A stretch of DNA of 64,000 nucleotides from Chiloscyllium plagiosum (lineage: Eukaryota), in contig NC_057718.1 of assembly GCF_004010195.1 (NCBI RefSeq), forward strand, positions 21,488,735 to 21,552,734. Reading direction: 5' to 3'. The notes beneath the pieces were generated by a model, which saw only the letters and a list, made by a program, of their open reading frames with translations, was not told the origin of the DNA and made no database searches. Made by a program: the position numbers and the translations under genes. Positions 22,521 to 35,700 of the stretch are shown piece by piece. Position 1 is the first letter of the stretch; every line of letters starts with the position of its first letter.

Positions 22521-25500
22521 CACAATTCCTTTCCTCATTCCTCAGATACTGAGCAGTCAGTGTCCAAATGCAGCAAGACATGGAACAATATTCAGGTTTT
22601 TGGAACTGACAAGTAGGCCAGCATATTACTAATAATCCAGCATTGCCAGAATATTCCAAGTTGCTCAGACAGCAGATAAGGATCAATCACGTTTTTGAAG
22701 ATCTGGATCACATGTATGACCAGGTAAGGATGACAGATTTCCTTCCCTAAAAATTATTAATGAACCACTTGAATTTTTATGTTTATCAACAGTGGTTTTA
22801 TGGTCACAATTAGGCTAGCTACTTATTCCAGGTTTTTATTTAATTCAAATGTCACCATCTGTCATGGTGGAATTCCAAGGATATCCCCAGAACACTAGCC
22901 TGGGCTGCTGGATTATGAGTCCAGTGATATTATAACAATGTCGCCACCTCCCCCAAAAATATAAGGAATGAAAAACATAAAATAAAAATATATTTCAGGA
23001 AACTTTTAAAAAAATAACACTATTCTGGCTGATCAGTCCCCAATCTCAAGTTTGTCCCATTAGCCTGCTGTTTTACATGCTTATAGGGAAAAAAAAGGAG
23101 TTCCAGCTTTATTTCACAAAAATAATAAGGAACTGTCATGTGGACAGAACATTGGAATAAAAGTCTATAATTTTTACTTTGCTTGATAAAAGTAATTAAT
23201 TAAACTGGTTACAGAAAATAGAGCAGTATTGATCATAGGAAGGTAAAAAGCAAAATAAAAATAGAAAAGGCAGTAGGTACTTGTTAGGCAATATCTGTGG
23301 AGAATCAAGAATTGACATTTGCGTGTGAACGTTGTGAAAACATCAAGATCATGTCATTTCTGTTTCTAACCTTCCTTTTCAATGTGTGTAGTAAAGTTTT
23401 GGGTTGTCTTCTCCATGTGTTATTTTTAAAACAAGGCTATAAAGAGCAGGATGATGAGGGTTATACTGCTGCATTGTGTGTGTTGATTCTTTTCTTTTAA
23501 TATTATGTAAGCCACTGGAGCATCCCACTTTTACCTCCTGATTTTGGGTGGATTGGGTTGTTGCAGGTCTATAATTGATATTTTGTATGATGAAGATGTT
23601 GAAGAACAATGTGACTGGCAAATCATTTGAATACCATTATATTTTGCTGATCGAAAAGAAACCCTGTTTTCAGTATAACTGCATATTAAGTATTTTGATT
23701 ATTGTTCAAAATGTAGATCGGGTTGCATAGATTCATAATATGTTTTGCATCGTCTGACTGGTAACATGAAAGATGTACGATCTTCTATTAATTAATAACT
23801 TCAGCATTGTAAGTTATGATCTTCAATTCCATTTTAATTTATTCTGAATGGTATTCTTATCATAAACCTACACTGTCTAAAATTCAACAAATGCTTAGCT
23901 CTCTAAATGAGGATAATTGAAAATAAGATATACTTTTAAATGAAAAATAAAATAAAGTTTATTACTTAGTACATAAGGCACTAACTGATTAACACAGTAA
24001 AACATAGTGTGGACTATTTATACAGCAACAACACATATTCATGAAATGCCCTCTTGACATATGAATGTCTGAACACCAGGAGCAGTAATTTGAACATCTG
24101 GGACATTTTTGTACTCTGCATCACCACCTTCACATAAAACATTTTTAATAATTTGCAATTCTCAAGTTAATCACTTTTCATGGAAGGGAAGAAACAGAAG
24201 TGAAGGAATGGCTGTTATAGAATTTACTTATAAAATAGGAGCAGGAGAAGACCATGTTGTCCCCCAAGCCTGTTCCAAAGATCATGCTCCATCTTTGATT
24301 TCAACTCAATCATCTGTTTGATCCCCAAGAGTCTAAAAATCTATCTTAGTCTTGATTATGCTGAATCATAGAACATTGGTAGCCCATTGGGGTTATTTCA
24401 AGGATTCACATAGCAGAATTTCTGATTATTTTTTTCTTTACGTTTCTAGGAAATCATCCTTACCTCAGTTTTGACTGATTGACCCCCCCTTGATTGAACC
24501 TGAGACACTTTCCCTTGTACCAAACTCTCCAGCCAAGGAAAACAACTCATCATTGGAGTGTCACCACCTGGAAGTTTCTTTCCAAGAAACACACCATCCT
24601 GACTGTATTATATCACCAATTGTTCATTGTGACTGGATCAATATCTCGTAATATGCTTCTTGTGTAACTACCTATCCCTATGAATTGCAGCAATTCAAGA
24701 AGGAAATTCACCACCACCTTCTTATAGACAAGGAAGCATGTGCAATAAATGTTGGCCTAGCTAGTATTGGCCACATCTTGTGAATAAGTAAATAAATAAA
24801 ATCAACCTCCCATCATTGGTCAACACTTCCATTCTGGGGGGCAATATAGTGAACCTTTTCGAAATGACCTCCAAAGCAACAATGTCCTTCCGTGGGTAAG
24901 GAATCCAAAACTGTGCACTTTTAGCTACTTACCAACAAATAAATAATAATTGACTATGAAGTGCGTTGGAATTCCTTGAGAATACATTAGGTCCTGTTTA
25001 ATGAAAGTCCTTTTCTCTTTTCAACACATTTCACAAAACATTTGTTTTCTCAACTAAAAACAAAAGATAGCAATTGTAACTGTACAGTTATTTGTCTACT
25101 GTGCATGTTTCTTTTTAATATGAACAGTTTGTAATACATTACAATGATTTTCTTAGTTTTGATAGGTATTCTGAATGCTATCTATTGTAATTGGAGTCTT
25201 CTGTCTTAATATTATTTGGTAGCACAAAGTGACCCGAAAGCTATCAGTATGAACAATGCACAACATTGTGACATCATTACAAAGTTTACAGCTTTTCCTA
25301 TGAACTAGAATTCTAACTAATTTGTTCACAGTTTGCGTAGCTCCTTGTTCCCTTCCTTCACATACTACCTAAGAAAGAAACGAGACAGTTCATGGGGTGC
25401 ATCTTCAGAAGATATGTGTTCAGATTACATATGTAGATTGATGACATCCATGTCTACATCTCAACCATTGTACTCAATCACTACAATATAGCTTTGTTGC

Positions 25501-26539
25501 CAAACTACTTGCCTGACATCTAGTTTTGGATGAAATACAGTATCTTCCAGATCAACATTTTGGACAGAATTTTCCCTGCACCTTAAAGACATGAGAAATA
25601 GCAAGGTCGTTGGGGAAATATGGCAAGTCCAGAAACTTAAGTCCAATTTTACAACCAAGTTTTGTGTAGCAAGATGAGAATCAAGCTGTGAGCAACAAGA
25701 GGTCTACTTGCATGCATTAACATCTCTTTACTGCCTACTATTGCCTAGTTTCTAAGTAATTTACTAGTCTCCAAAAGGAGGAGAAACATAGAAATATAGA
25801 AAATAGAAAAAGGTAAGCTATTCAGCCCATCAAGCCCTTTGTGCAATTCAACATGATCAAGGTTGATTCTCTATCTCAACACCAAACTCCCTTTATTGTC
25901 CTGTGTCCCTTGAGACCTTTAGCTCTTAACATCCATCTTTATTTTGTTAAATAAGTTCAGTGACTTCACCTCACAGCCTTCTGTGGTAGAGAATTTCACA
26001 GATTAATAGAATCTCTTAGTAAAGAAATTGTTCCTTATCTCTATCCAAAGTGGCCAACCACGTATGCTGCGACCTTGACCCTGACCCCACTGAACTCCCT
26101 CTATGGGAAGTATATCTTTTGCTATGAAAGGCAACCAAAACTGCATACAATATTTCAAGTGTGATCTCACTAAAGTCCTGTATAGTTTTTTATAACTTTC
26201 CTTCCTCCTGTACTCAAACCTGGTGACAAGGAAGGCCAACAAACCATTTCTGATGAATGGTCACTGCGTTTGAAACATTAACTCTGTTTTTCTCTCTAAA
26301 GTTGCTGCCAGACCTGCTGAGTCTCTGAAATGCTCTGTTTTTGTTTCAGATTGTTCTTTGTTTTTATTATTATGCCAATATACCATTCCCTTTCCTAACT
26401 GCTTGATGCACCTGCATACTTATTTTCAATGACCGGTGTACATAGGATATCAGTCCAGGATATCAGGTGTACGTAGGATATCAGGCACAGCAAGTCGGCT
26501 GCTCATGGCAGTCATAATCAGTCCTCACTTTTTCCCATA

Positions 26540-27435
26540 ATCAGAATCCTGTCCTGTAGAGGGTGAGGAACCAAATGTCAGGCACCCCATCAACTGCCTT
26601 GTCTCTTTCTGTCCTATTTTGGGCCATTTTATTCTGGAATGCGGGAAAGGGAGGGACTAAGTGAGATGAAAGTGCATGGCGCAGCTGATAGAAATGGTGC
26701 ACATGGGGAATAGGTGACAAGGTGTCCTGAGTAAGTGAGTCGGGGGTGCACAGTTCATATATTTGAGGGGATTGGGTGGGTGAGAGCAAGTAAGAGAAAA
26801 CATTGCATGTGTCAGTGACAGTAATAGAGCATGAACTTGATGGGATGTTGGTGCAATAATAGAGGTACAGTGAATGTGAGGTAGCACAAAGAAGATTGTT
26901 GCACATCCCTGGTGGAGATGAATTCAATTTAACTTCTTCCTACACTGGTGTCATTTCACAGGATGGTAAAGACTGCACTGAACCAGGTGACACTCTTGGA
27001 CTAGACAGACAGGATTTAGTGTTGTAGCCTCCTCCAACAGTCCTGGGGAAACAGCAATGCCCTCCATTGCACCAACTCTTCCACTGGGACCTACAGGTCC
27101 TGTCTGCAAAGCTGCACACCAATTTCTCTTTCGGCATGTCTGGAGCAAATGTTTCAAACCATGCAGGGCAACTCTTGCTTGACAGTACTTGACCAGATGC
27201 ACACAAGTCTTTTAAATATGGTGCTGGCAGGAGGGAGCTGGGATAATCTTGCAGTGTGATAATCTTGCCGATGGCAAGATTTGAGCATTGGGTGAACAGG
27301 CACCATTGTGGTGTGGTACACAGTTAATGGGACAAGTTTGCCATCGTGAGAAAACTCATTAGGATTCAAGGAGAGAAACCTGTCATGCAACTCTATGAAA
27401 TGTATACATTGCCAAATTCTGGTAAGATTCAGCCC
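26540..27435 (-). mobile_element. Degenerate PIF/Harbinger remnant with spliced Myb/SANT-like gene fragments
   Basis: Terminus GGGCTGAATCTTACC at 27435; decayed peptides ...FADR/DLxVPVEELVQWRALLFPQD...HQCRKKLN and KMAQNRTERDKAVDGVPDI, resembling Harbinger Myb/SANT proteins (pattern recognition only). Confidence 0.5.
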
Positions 27436-28194
27436 GACATTTTCAATTGTCTGAAGGGTTTCTAGCATGTGCTGCTCCCATGTTCAACAATGAGAAGATG
27501 TGATGCTATGTTGGGTGTTAGGGAATTGGACAGAGTGCTAAGATGACGTGACAACAAGGATGGACAGCCTATTGCAGCTTGATTCTTGCAACTGTATTTA
27601 CAATAAAATTTGATCAGAAGTACTGATGTAAAGAAGCAATACACTTGCGAATGCAACTCATATTTGCAATGAAGTGTCACTTATGCCACATCTGTGCCCT
27701 CAGAAGTATATCTTCTTTGTTGACATCCTATTATGTGGCACTGTGATGGTTAGCTCCTGGCTGAAAGCGTTTGGCCTCTTGCAAGACCTTTAAATATTAC
27801 AATGATGCTAGCAATCTCAGGAGGTCCCAGCAGTGGCAAATACTACTGTCAATGTTGAGCATATGACAGTGCAAGGAGAGTGTCATAGAGGTGTGGTGCA
27901 TATACCATATATACTCATGTATAGATCAAACCCGTGTATAGGTCAACAACCCCCAGTTTTACAGAAATAAAAAAAATCTGTTTTTTGTTATACCTTGTGT
28001 ATAAGTTGACCCTAGATTTTCAGGGATCTCTTCCTGACTATACATGCAGCCTTAAACGGCATAATTTACACATTTTTGATTCAAATACACATTTTAGATT
28101 CAGAACCTGAATCATCACATGTTACGTGTAGCAGTGTACATTTGCGCAATGTGATTTTCAAGTTGTTAAATTGAATGTTGATAACTGTATGTAT

Positions 28195-28230
28195 ACTGTG
28201 TATGTATATATATATATATATATATGTATA
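28195..28230. repeat. (TA)n microsatellite
   Basis: tgtatgtatatatatatatatatatatgtata. Confidence 0.9.
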
Positions 28231-29451
28231 CAGTTTCTTAGAAGTCGGTGTCGCGTACAGTTGTGCTCTGAATTTATTGTAAGACTCTCCTAAATTTTTC
28301 TGACAGAATTGCATCATAAAGAAACAAGTATACAATACAGTTTAAACTAAAAGTTATTGTAGTTGCAGAGAAGAACACCAATAGCATTGCTGTAAGGGAG
28401 ATCTGTGCCTCTGAAAAACTTGTCAGAGATTGGAGGAAAATAGCCACACAGTTAAAAGCTGTGACAAAACAGGGGTATGCCAACCGAGGAAAGCTGAACA
28501 AGTGGCCACAACTAGAAAAGATTTCTGACTGAGTAATTGAGTATCATTAGAACTGAAGCATAGTGACTCAACAATGGATCAGAATACATGCCAAAAACTA
28601 AGCTAAAAATAATGGATTCAGTGATTTCAAATTCACTGCTGGATGGTGCAGTTGGTTTATGAAAAGGTATGATTTAGTGCTTAGATAGAAAACCAAGATT
28701 GCCCAACATCTACCAGCAGAACTTAATGACAAGTTAATAGGGTTGCTTTGTAATCAGAAACCAGAAGAAAAATGAGTACAGGATCTCATGCATCAGCAAT
28801 ATGGACGAAACCCCAATGAACTGTGATATGCCAGGGAACAGAACTGTGCACTGTGATTTGAGCAAAAACAGTTTTAGTTAAGACTGCTGACTATGAAAGG
28901 AGTACTTGGTTTCACTGTAGTACTTGGTTATATGGCAGATGGAACAAAGTTAAAGCCTACGGTGATTTTGAAGCAGAAAACGCTGCCCAAACAGAAATTT
29001 CCAAAGGCATTGTTGTCCTTGAAAAAGGGTGGATGGGTGAAGGTAGCTGCAAGACTTGGATTAGGGAGGTCTGGAATATGCAACCAGGTGGGCTCAGAAA
29101 GGAAAGAAAGCTTACTGGTTTGGGATATATTCAGATCACACAGTGAAAAGTGCTATCGCCGAAATTCAAGCTGACAATATTGACATTGCAATGATTCTGG
29201 GAGGCCTTACAGACATGGTGCAGCCACCGGATGTTAGCATCAATAAACCTTTTAAGGACTTAGTACAGAAGAAATGGGACATTTGGTTGCAAGAAGGGGA
29301 AAAAAGCTTCACAAAGGGTGGCAACATGTATGTTCCATTACTTGCAACTGTATGTGAGTGGATTGTTGAGTCCTGGAAGGAGGTAAAAACTGAAATTATT
29401 GTGAAAGCCTTCAAAAAATGTGCAATTTCTAATGCTTTATGTGGTACAGAG

Positions 29452-30937
29452 GATTTTATAAACTTCTATAAGGTCACCCCTCAGCCTCTAACGCTCCAGG
29501 GAAAACAGCCCCAGTTTATTCAACCTCTCCCTATAGCTCAAATCCTTCAACCCTGGCAACAACCTTGTAAATCTTTTCTGAACCTTTTCAAGTTTCCCAA
29601 CATCCTTCTGATAGGAAGGAGACCAGAATTGCACACAACATTCCAACAGTGGCCTAACCAATGTCCTATATAGCCACAACATGACCTCACAAGTCCTATA
29701 CTCAATACTCTGACAATAAAGGAAAGCATACCAAACACCTTCTTCACTATCCTATCTACCTGCGACTCTACTTTCAAGGAGCTATGAACATGCACTCCAA
29801 AGTCTCTTTGTTCAGCAACACTCCCTAGGAGCATACCATTAAGTGTATAAATCCTGCTCTGACTTGCCTTTCCAAAATGCAGCACCTCACATTTATCTAA
29901 ATTAAACTCAATCTGCCACTCCTCAGCCCATTGGCCCATCTGATGAAAGTCCCATTGTAATCTGAGGTAACCTTCTTCAATGTCCACTACACTTCCAATT
30001 TTGGTGTCATCTGCAAACTTACTAACTATATCGCCATTGTTCACATCGAAATCATTTATATAAATGATGAAAAGTAGTGAACCCAGCACCGATCCTTGTG
30101 GCACTCCACTGGTCACAGGCCTCCAGTCTGAAAAACAACTCTCCACCACCACCTTCTGACTTCTACCTTTGAGCCAGTTCTCCCTGTATTGCATGAGACC
30201 TAATCTTGCTAATCAGTTTCCCATGGGGAACCTTGTCGAATGCCTTACTGAAGTCCATATAGATCATGTCTACTGCTCTGCCCTCAGCAAACCTCTTTGT
30301 TACTTCTTCAAAAAATTCCATCAAGTTTGTGAGACATGATTTCCCACGCACAAAGCCATGTTGACTATCCCTAATCAGTCATTGCCTTTCCAAATACATG
30401 TACATCCTATCCCTCAGGATTCCCTCCAACAACTTGCCCACCACCGATGTTAGGCTCAGTGGTCTATAGTTCCCTGGCTTTTCCTTACCACCTTTCTTAA
30501 GTAGTGGCACCATGTTAGCCAACCTCCAGTCTTCTGGCACCTCACCTGTGACTATTGATGATACAAATATCTCAGCAAGGGGCCCAGCAATCACTTCCCT
30601 AGCTTCCCACAGAGTTCTAGGGTACACTTGATCAGGTCCTGGAGATATATCCATGTTTATGCATTTCAGGACATCCAGCGCTTCCTTCACTGTAATATGG
30701 ACATTTTTTAAGATGTCATCATCTTTTTTCCTACATTCTATATCTTCCATGTCCTTCTCCACAGTAAACATTGATACAAAATACTCGCTTAGTATCACCC
30801 CATCTCCTGCGGCTCCACACAAAGGCTGCCTTGATGATCTTTGAGGGGCTTTATTCTCTCCCTAGTTACCTTTTTGTCCTTAATGTATTTGTGAAAATCT
30901 TTTGGATTCTCCTTAACCGTACTTACCAAAGCTATCT
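29452..30937 (-). mobile_element. CR1-type LINE RT fragment nested in the pogo element
   Basis: PGNYRPLSLTSVVGK, YMDFSKAFDKVPH, SGVPQGSVLG, SKFADDTK; both ends truncated. Confidence 0.92.
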
Positions 30938-31984
30938 TACTGTATATAGAGATCTGGCTCTTGTTTGTCTATTTTTTGACTCATGCCAAGCATGAATTTC
31001 ATCCCCTTGAAAATGATACATCGTGTCTAAGTCGACTCCCTAATTTCAGTCCAAAAAAGTCTTCAAAACCCCACCTGTACATGAGTATATACGATATAAA
31101 GAGGTGAGCTGCAGAGAATTGTGAGATAACCGGCTAGGGTTCACAGAGATAAACCATCCATAAAACTCTCAAAAAATTAACATTTTTGGTAAATGTTAAC
31201 TTCCTTACCATTTTTATCAATTTAATCATAACCAAAGAATCACAGATAATGGCTCCTCTTCCTGATACTCAATAGTGAATACAGTATTTAGTGATATAAT
31301 CAAGAACACATCAGGTTTCCACATGCATACTAGTGACACACAGTTCTACCTAACCACCACCTCCCTTGGCCCCTGCAATGCATTTTTGCTGCAGATTGTC
31401 TCTAAATTTACAGACATTTTGTCCAAAATCCATCACTCGATGAACAGAAATTTCCTCTAATATAATATTCAAAACTGAAACAGGTCCTACTGCCCAAGCA
31501 AATAGCCTGGGCTTAAATGGTCTACTTATACATTTGGTGTGATACTTGACCTCAACATAAGCTTCTGATCATAAATCTGTGCCATCTCCAGAACTTCCTA
31601 TTTTCACCTCTGTAACACCTATTAGTTCTATAACAAAACAAAGATAAAGCAAAGAACTATGGATGTTGGAAATATGAAACAAAATAGAAGTGCTAGAGAA
31701 ACTCAGCAGGCCAGTCACCATTATCATCTCCAGCAATTTCTGTTTTTATTTTAGCTAACTCTATGGCTGCTTTACTTCAATTGCCGTTGAAACCCTCATC
31801 CATGCTTTTATTTGGAGTCTGAACAGTCTGTGTTCATATGCAGTAAGACCCAGACTACATTGAAGTTTGGCAAGTAAATGGCAAGTAATATTTGAATCAG
31901 AAAAGTGCCAAGCAATTGCTATCTCCAACAGGAGAGAATCTAACCATTTCCCCTTAAATTTGCTGTTCCCTCCAGGACACCCTG

Positions 31985-32760
31985 GTCCAGTCTTCTTCAC
32001 TTCCAACAGCCCCCACAGCCTCATGGCAACACCTGTTTACTTCCTCCCTCCTCAGTATCCAAGAGCCCAAACACACCTTCCAAGTGAAGCAGCGTTCTAC
32101 CTGCACTTCATTCAATCTAGTTTACTGTGTTTGCTGCTCACAACGTGGTCTCCTTAACATTGGGGAATTGAAGTGGAGACTCGGTGACCACTTCACACAA
32201 CACTTGCATTCTGTTCACAAAAAACACCCTGAACTTCAGTTGCCTGCCATTCAACACACTACCCTGTTCCCAGACCAACATCTCTGTCTCAGGTTGGCCT
32301 CAGTGCTCCAGCAAAGCTCAGCACAATTTGGAAGAACAGCATCTCATATTCCACTTGGGTCCGTGTAGCCTTCCTGACTCAATATTGAGTTCAATAGGGC
32401 TTGAACTCTCCCATGTCCTTACTCCAATACCAACACACCAGGCCTTATTGTCACATATTACACACAATCCATTGTTAGCCTGTAACAGTCCTCATTAATA
32501 GGTATTCACCCTCCTGGCCAGATCATTATCCACTCCTTTGTCTATCCAACTGTTCTTCTCTTTCTTTGGGCTGCATCCCCATCTATCAATCACTCCTTAC
32601 CCCCTCCATCCACCCTATCTTCTGCATATAAACTGACATTTTCCTGGTTACTACTAGTTCTGAGAAAATGTGACCTGACCTGAAACATTAACTCTGATTT
32701 CTTTCCATAGATGCTGCCAGACCTGCTCAGCTTTTCCAGCAATTTCTATTTTTGTCTCCC
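31985..32760 (+). mobile_element. Older Penelope-like 3' fragment (GIY-YIG region plus pLTR)
   Basis: NLVYCVCCSQRGLLNIGE and LEEQHLIFHLG; decayed hammerhead-bearing terminus at about 32655-32750. Confidence 0.7.
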
Positions 32761-32799
32761 ATTTTCCCTTAACATTCATTTGCATTATCATTGTCAATA

Positions 32800-33535
32800 A
32801 AGTATGGCACTGGAAAAAACACAGCAGGTCAGGCAGCATCTGAGCAACAGGAGGGTAGATGTTTCAGTCAGGATCTTTCATCAGGACTGGGGAGGGGGAA
32901 GGGGACTGAGAAATAAATAGGGTCTGGTGGTGTGTGGGACTGAGGGCAGGTAGGTGGGATGGTGGCAGATGGATGGAGGAAGGAGAAGATTGTGATAGAT
33001 CGGTGGGAAGGGTGGAGCGGATAGGTGGGTAGGAAGATGTACAGGTCAAGACGGTGGTGACGTGTCGGAGGATTGGATCATAGATGGGGTGAGGGATTGG
33101 GGAGATTTGAAAGCTGGTGAATTCAATCTAAAGGCTGGATGGTTGTAGGCTCCCGAGGCAGAAGATGAGGTGTTCTTCCTTCAGTTTGGGGGTCGCCTTG
33201 TTGAGGCAGTGGAGGAGGCCCACATGGACATGTCATCGGTGGAGTGGAGGAGGAGTTGAAATGGCCATCGGAAATTGGGGTTGTTTGGCTCATACAGACC
33301 AGAGATGTTCCCTCAACCATTCTGTGAGTTTGTGCTCAATCTCACCGATGTAGAGGAGACCACATTGAGAGCAATGGATGCAGTAAATGAGGCCTGAGGT
33401 TAAGCAAGTAAATCTCTGCTGGATTTGGAATGATCCTTTGGGGCTTTGGATGGAGGTGAGGGAGGAGATGTGGTGCAGGTTTTGCACCTCTTGCGGCAGC
33501 AGGGTGAGGTGCCAGGTGTGGAAAGGGGTTTGGTG
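32800..33535 (-). mobile_element. Penelope-like 3' fragment, inverted relative to its neighbour
   Basis: LIYCIHCSQCGLLYIGE on the minus strand; pLTR-like terminus at 32800-32890. Confidence 0.7.
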
Positions 33536-34107
33536 AAGAACATCTGAATACCCCACTATTAATATCCTGAGTGTTACTATTGACCAGAAGCTGAACTGCA
33601 TTCATTGTGTAAATACTGTGATCACAAGAACAGGTCAGAGGTTGGAATTCTCCAGCAAGTAATTCACCTCCTGACTCCCAAAGATTATTCACGAAGTATA
33701 AACCCAAGTTAGCTAGCGATAAAAAATGGACAATTGAATTTCAAGTTTCATCAACTTAATTTAATGCCTGGACTAAAATGGTATTAAAAAGAAAAGGACA
33801 CTGACTTAAAATGGCGAGAGTAATCAACATTTTGGAATAATCAAAATTATCTGAACTCAAATTAACATTTTATCAGCTCCAACAACACTTAAGTAACTTG
33901 ACATTATCCAGGACAAAGCAAATCACTTGATTACCACTCTATCTATCACTGACACACAGTGACAACGTTAAATACCAGCTATGAAATACATTACAGCAAC
34001 TCCTTTCGACAGCACATTTTAAAAACAAAGTTCATTGGATGTGGGTGTCACTGGCTGGGCCAGCATTTGCCCGCCCCTAGTTGGCTTTGAACTGAGTAGC
34101 TGGCTAG

Positions 34108-34277
34108 GTGAAAGTGAGGACTACAGATGCTGGAGATCAGAGTCTAGATTAGAGTGGTGCTGGAAAAGCACAGCAGGTCAGGCAGCATTCGAGGAGCAGG
34201 AAAATTGACGATTCGGGCAAAAGCCCTTCATCAGAATGATTCCTGATAAAGGGCTTTTGCCCGAAACGTCGATTTTC
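34108..34277. mobile_element. 170-bp non-autonomous Penelope-derived foldback element with two inverted hammerhead motifs
   Basis: Exact 16-bp TSD CTGAGTAGCTGGCTAG (34092-34107 / 34278-34293); inverted repeat around 34195-34280. Confidence 0.8.
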
Positions 34278-34443
34278 CTGAGTAGCTGGCTAGCCATTTC
34301 TGACAGCAGTTAAGGGTCAAACATATTGTTATGGATCTGGAATCATATGTAGGCCAAACCTAGTTAGGATGCTGTATATACTTCCCCAATAAAGTTAAGA
34401 ATCACACAACACCAGGTTATAGTCTAAAAGGTGTATTTGGAAG

Positions 34444-34478
34444 TACAAGCTTTCGGAGTGCTGCTCCTTCATCAGGTA
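34444..34478 (-). ncRNA. Minimal hammerhead motif (family B)
   Basis: UAC-CUGAUGA-A-GGAG-CAGCA-CUCC-GAAA-GC-UU-GUA; stem I UAC/GUA, palindromic stem III AGCU. Confidence 0.65.
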
Positions 34479-34574
34479 GCTAATGGGGCAAGATCACAGG
34501 ATACAGAATATATAGTAAAAGATCAAAGTGTCATACAACTGATGCGATGTATTGAACAAATCAATATTTATCAA

Positions 34575-35700
34575 AACGGACAGCTAACAATATAGGAAGA
34601 AGGTCAATGATCTTGTGTGCCCCACAAAGGCAAGTGCCACCATCTACTCTCCGCCACCTCTAATCAGCACTTAATCTAACCCTGCCACTGCATACACACC
34701 ACAAAGGCTGATGGACTGCAACCCTTGGCATTAGATCTATTCAAGAGCCTGCATTCACCTCCTCCTCTACTTGCTTACCCTCTCTGTCCTCTGCTGTTCC
34801 TACTCACTCACTAGGGACACATCACCACTGCTCCTGCTCTGGCATGTTCACTAAATGCTCTTGCATCCACTGCCATCATGGTCAATCCCTCTCTTTTTCT
34901 CAATGCAAGAAAAAACTGGCTCACAAGCAGGCCAAGAGGTCCCAGTTACGTGGTAGGGATCGGGTGCAGGACATTAACTCCTCAGTCCCTGTGAGGAAAA
35001 GACAATGAAACTAACCCAGTCCATTTATATGCTGATGAGGAGGAACCAAATGGCAACCAACCCAATAAGCTCAGTTGTGCTATGCTCCTCCCCTTTTACA
35101 ATTGCGCTAATTCATTGTTTTTCTGCAAAGGCTTTTTGCCATGTTCTTCAATTAATTCCATCTCTCCTCTTATGCAGGCACTAGTGGCACCTCCAAAAGG
35201 AAAAGGCTACAGTCTGAGACTCTCAGCTACACCTCCAACTCTGAACCCTCAGAGGATTCACTGTCAAGGTTTTCACCTGCATCCTTTAGCACTGAAGAGA
35301 CTTTCACTTTTGTGGCTATTCTATATATATTAGATGCAGGAACACGATTTGGAGAGCACATCATTAACATTCCTCCACAGCTGGTTGAGGAAGAAAAGTC
35401 TGGTACAGATGACTGCCAGAGACCAGGCACCTACTCAGCCCAAAAGTGAAGACATGACTCTATTCTCATCCATAAATGACTTGCTCAACCTGCAGAGATT
35501 CAAATGAATGTCAGGCAGGTGTGCCAGAAACATACCGTTGACTGTAATAGAGGATGGAAGAGTTTTTCAAGATTCGGGGTCCCAAATGCAAGCATCATGG
35601 AAAGGGTGATGGCCACCTGGGGCACCCAGGTCTAGCAGAACAATTAGTGGCTATTGGTTAAGTGCTTTGTCCAGCTCTTTAAGCCCTGGTATTCAGTATT
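34575..35700 (+). mobile_element. Second degenerate Harbinger Myb/SANT-like remnant
   Basis: QYRKKVNDLV at about 34588-34617, then after an intron-like stretch KLAHKQAKRSQLRGR at about 34912-34956, parallel to the 26.5-27.1 kb copy. Confidence 0.4.

Larger units (their letters stand above)
27905..31094 (+). mobile_element. Full-span pogo-family DNA transposon (POGK/Passer-like), decayed transposase at about 28310-29453, interrupted by CR1
   Basis: TIRs CCATATATACTCATGTATAG / CTGTACATGAGTATATACGA with TA TSDs. Peptides: YTIQFKLKVIVVAEK...EKLVRDWRK (Brinker-like DBD), FTAGWCSWFMKRYDL (CENP-B HTH), NMDETPM, ADGTKLKP, LGGLTDMVQPPDVSINKPFK (DDE_1). Multiple stops and frameshifts. Confidence 0.88.

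Noticed and set aside
23000..25600. Hidden third gene or lncRNA exons between MOCS3 and QPCT (also 38.4-40.7 kb)
   Set aside because: AT-rich sequence with old LINE/SINE scraps; isolated AG/GT pairs but no consistent frame or homology. A non-coding transcript cannot be excluded without expression data.
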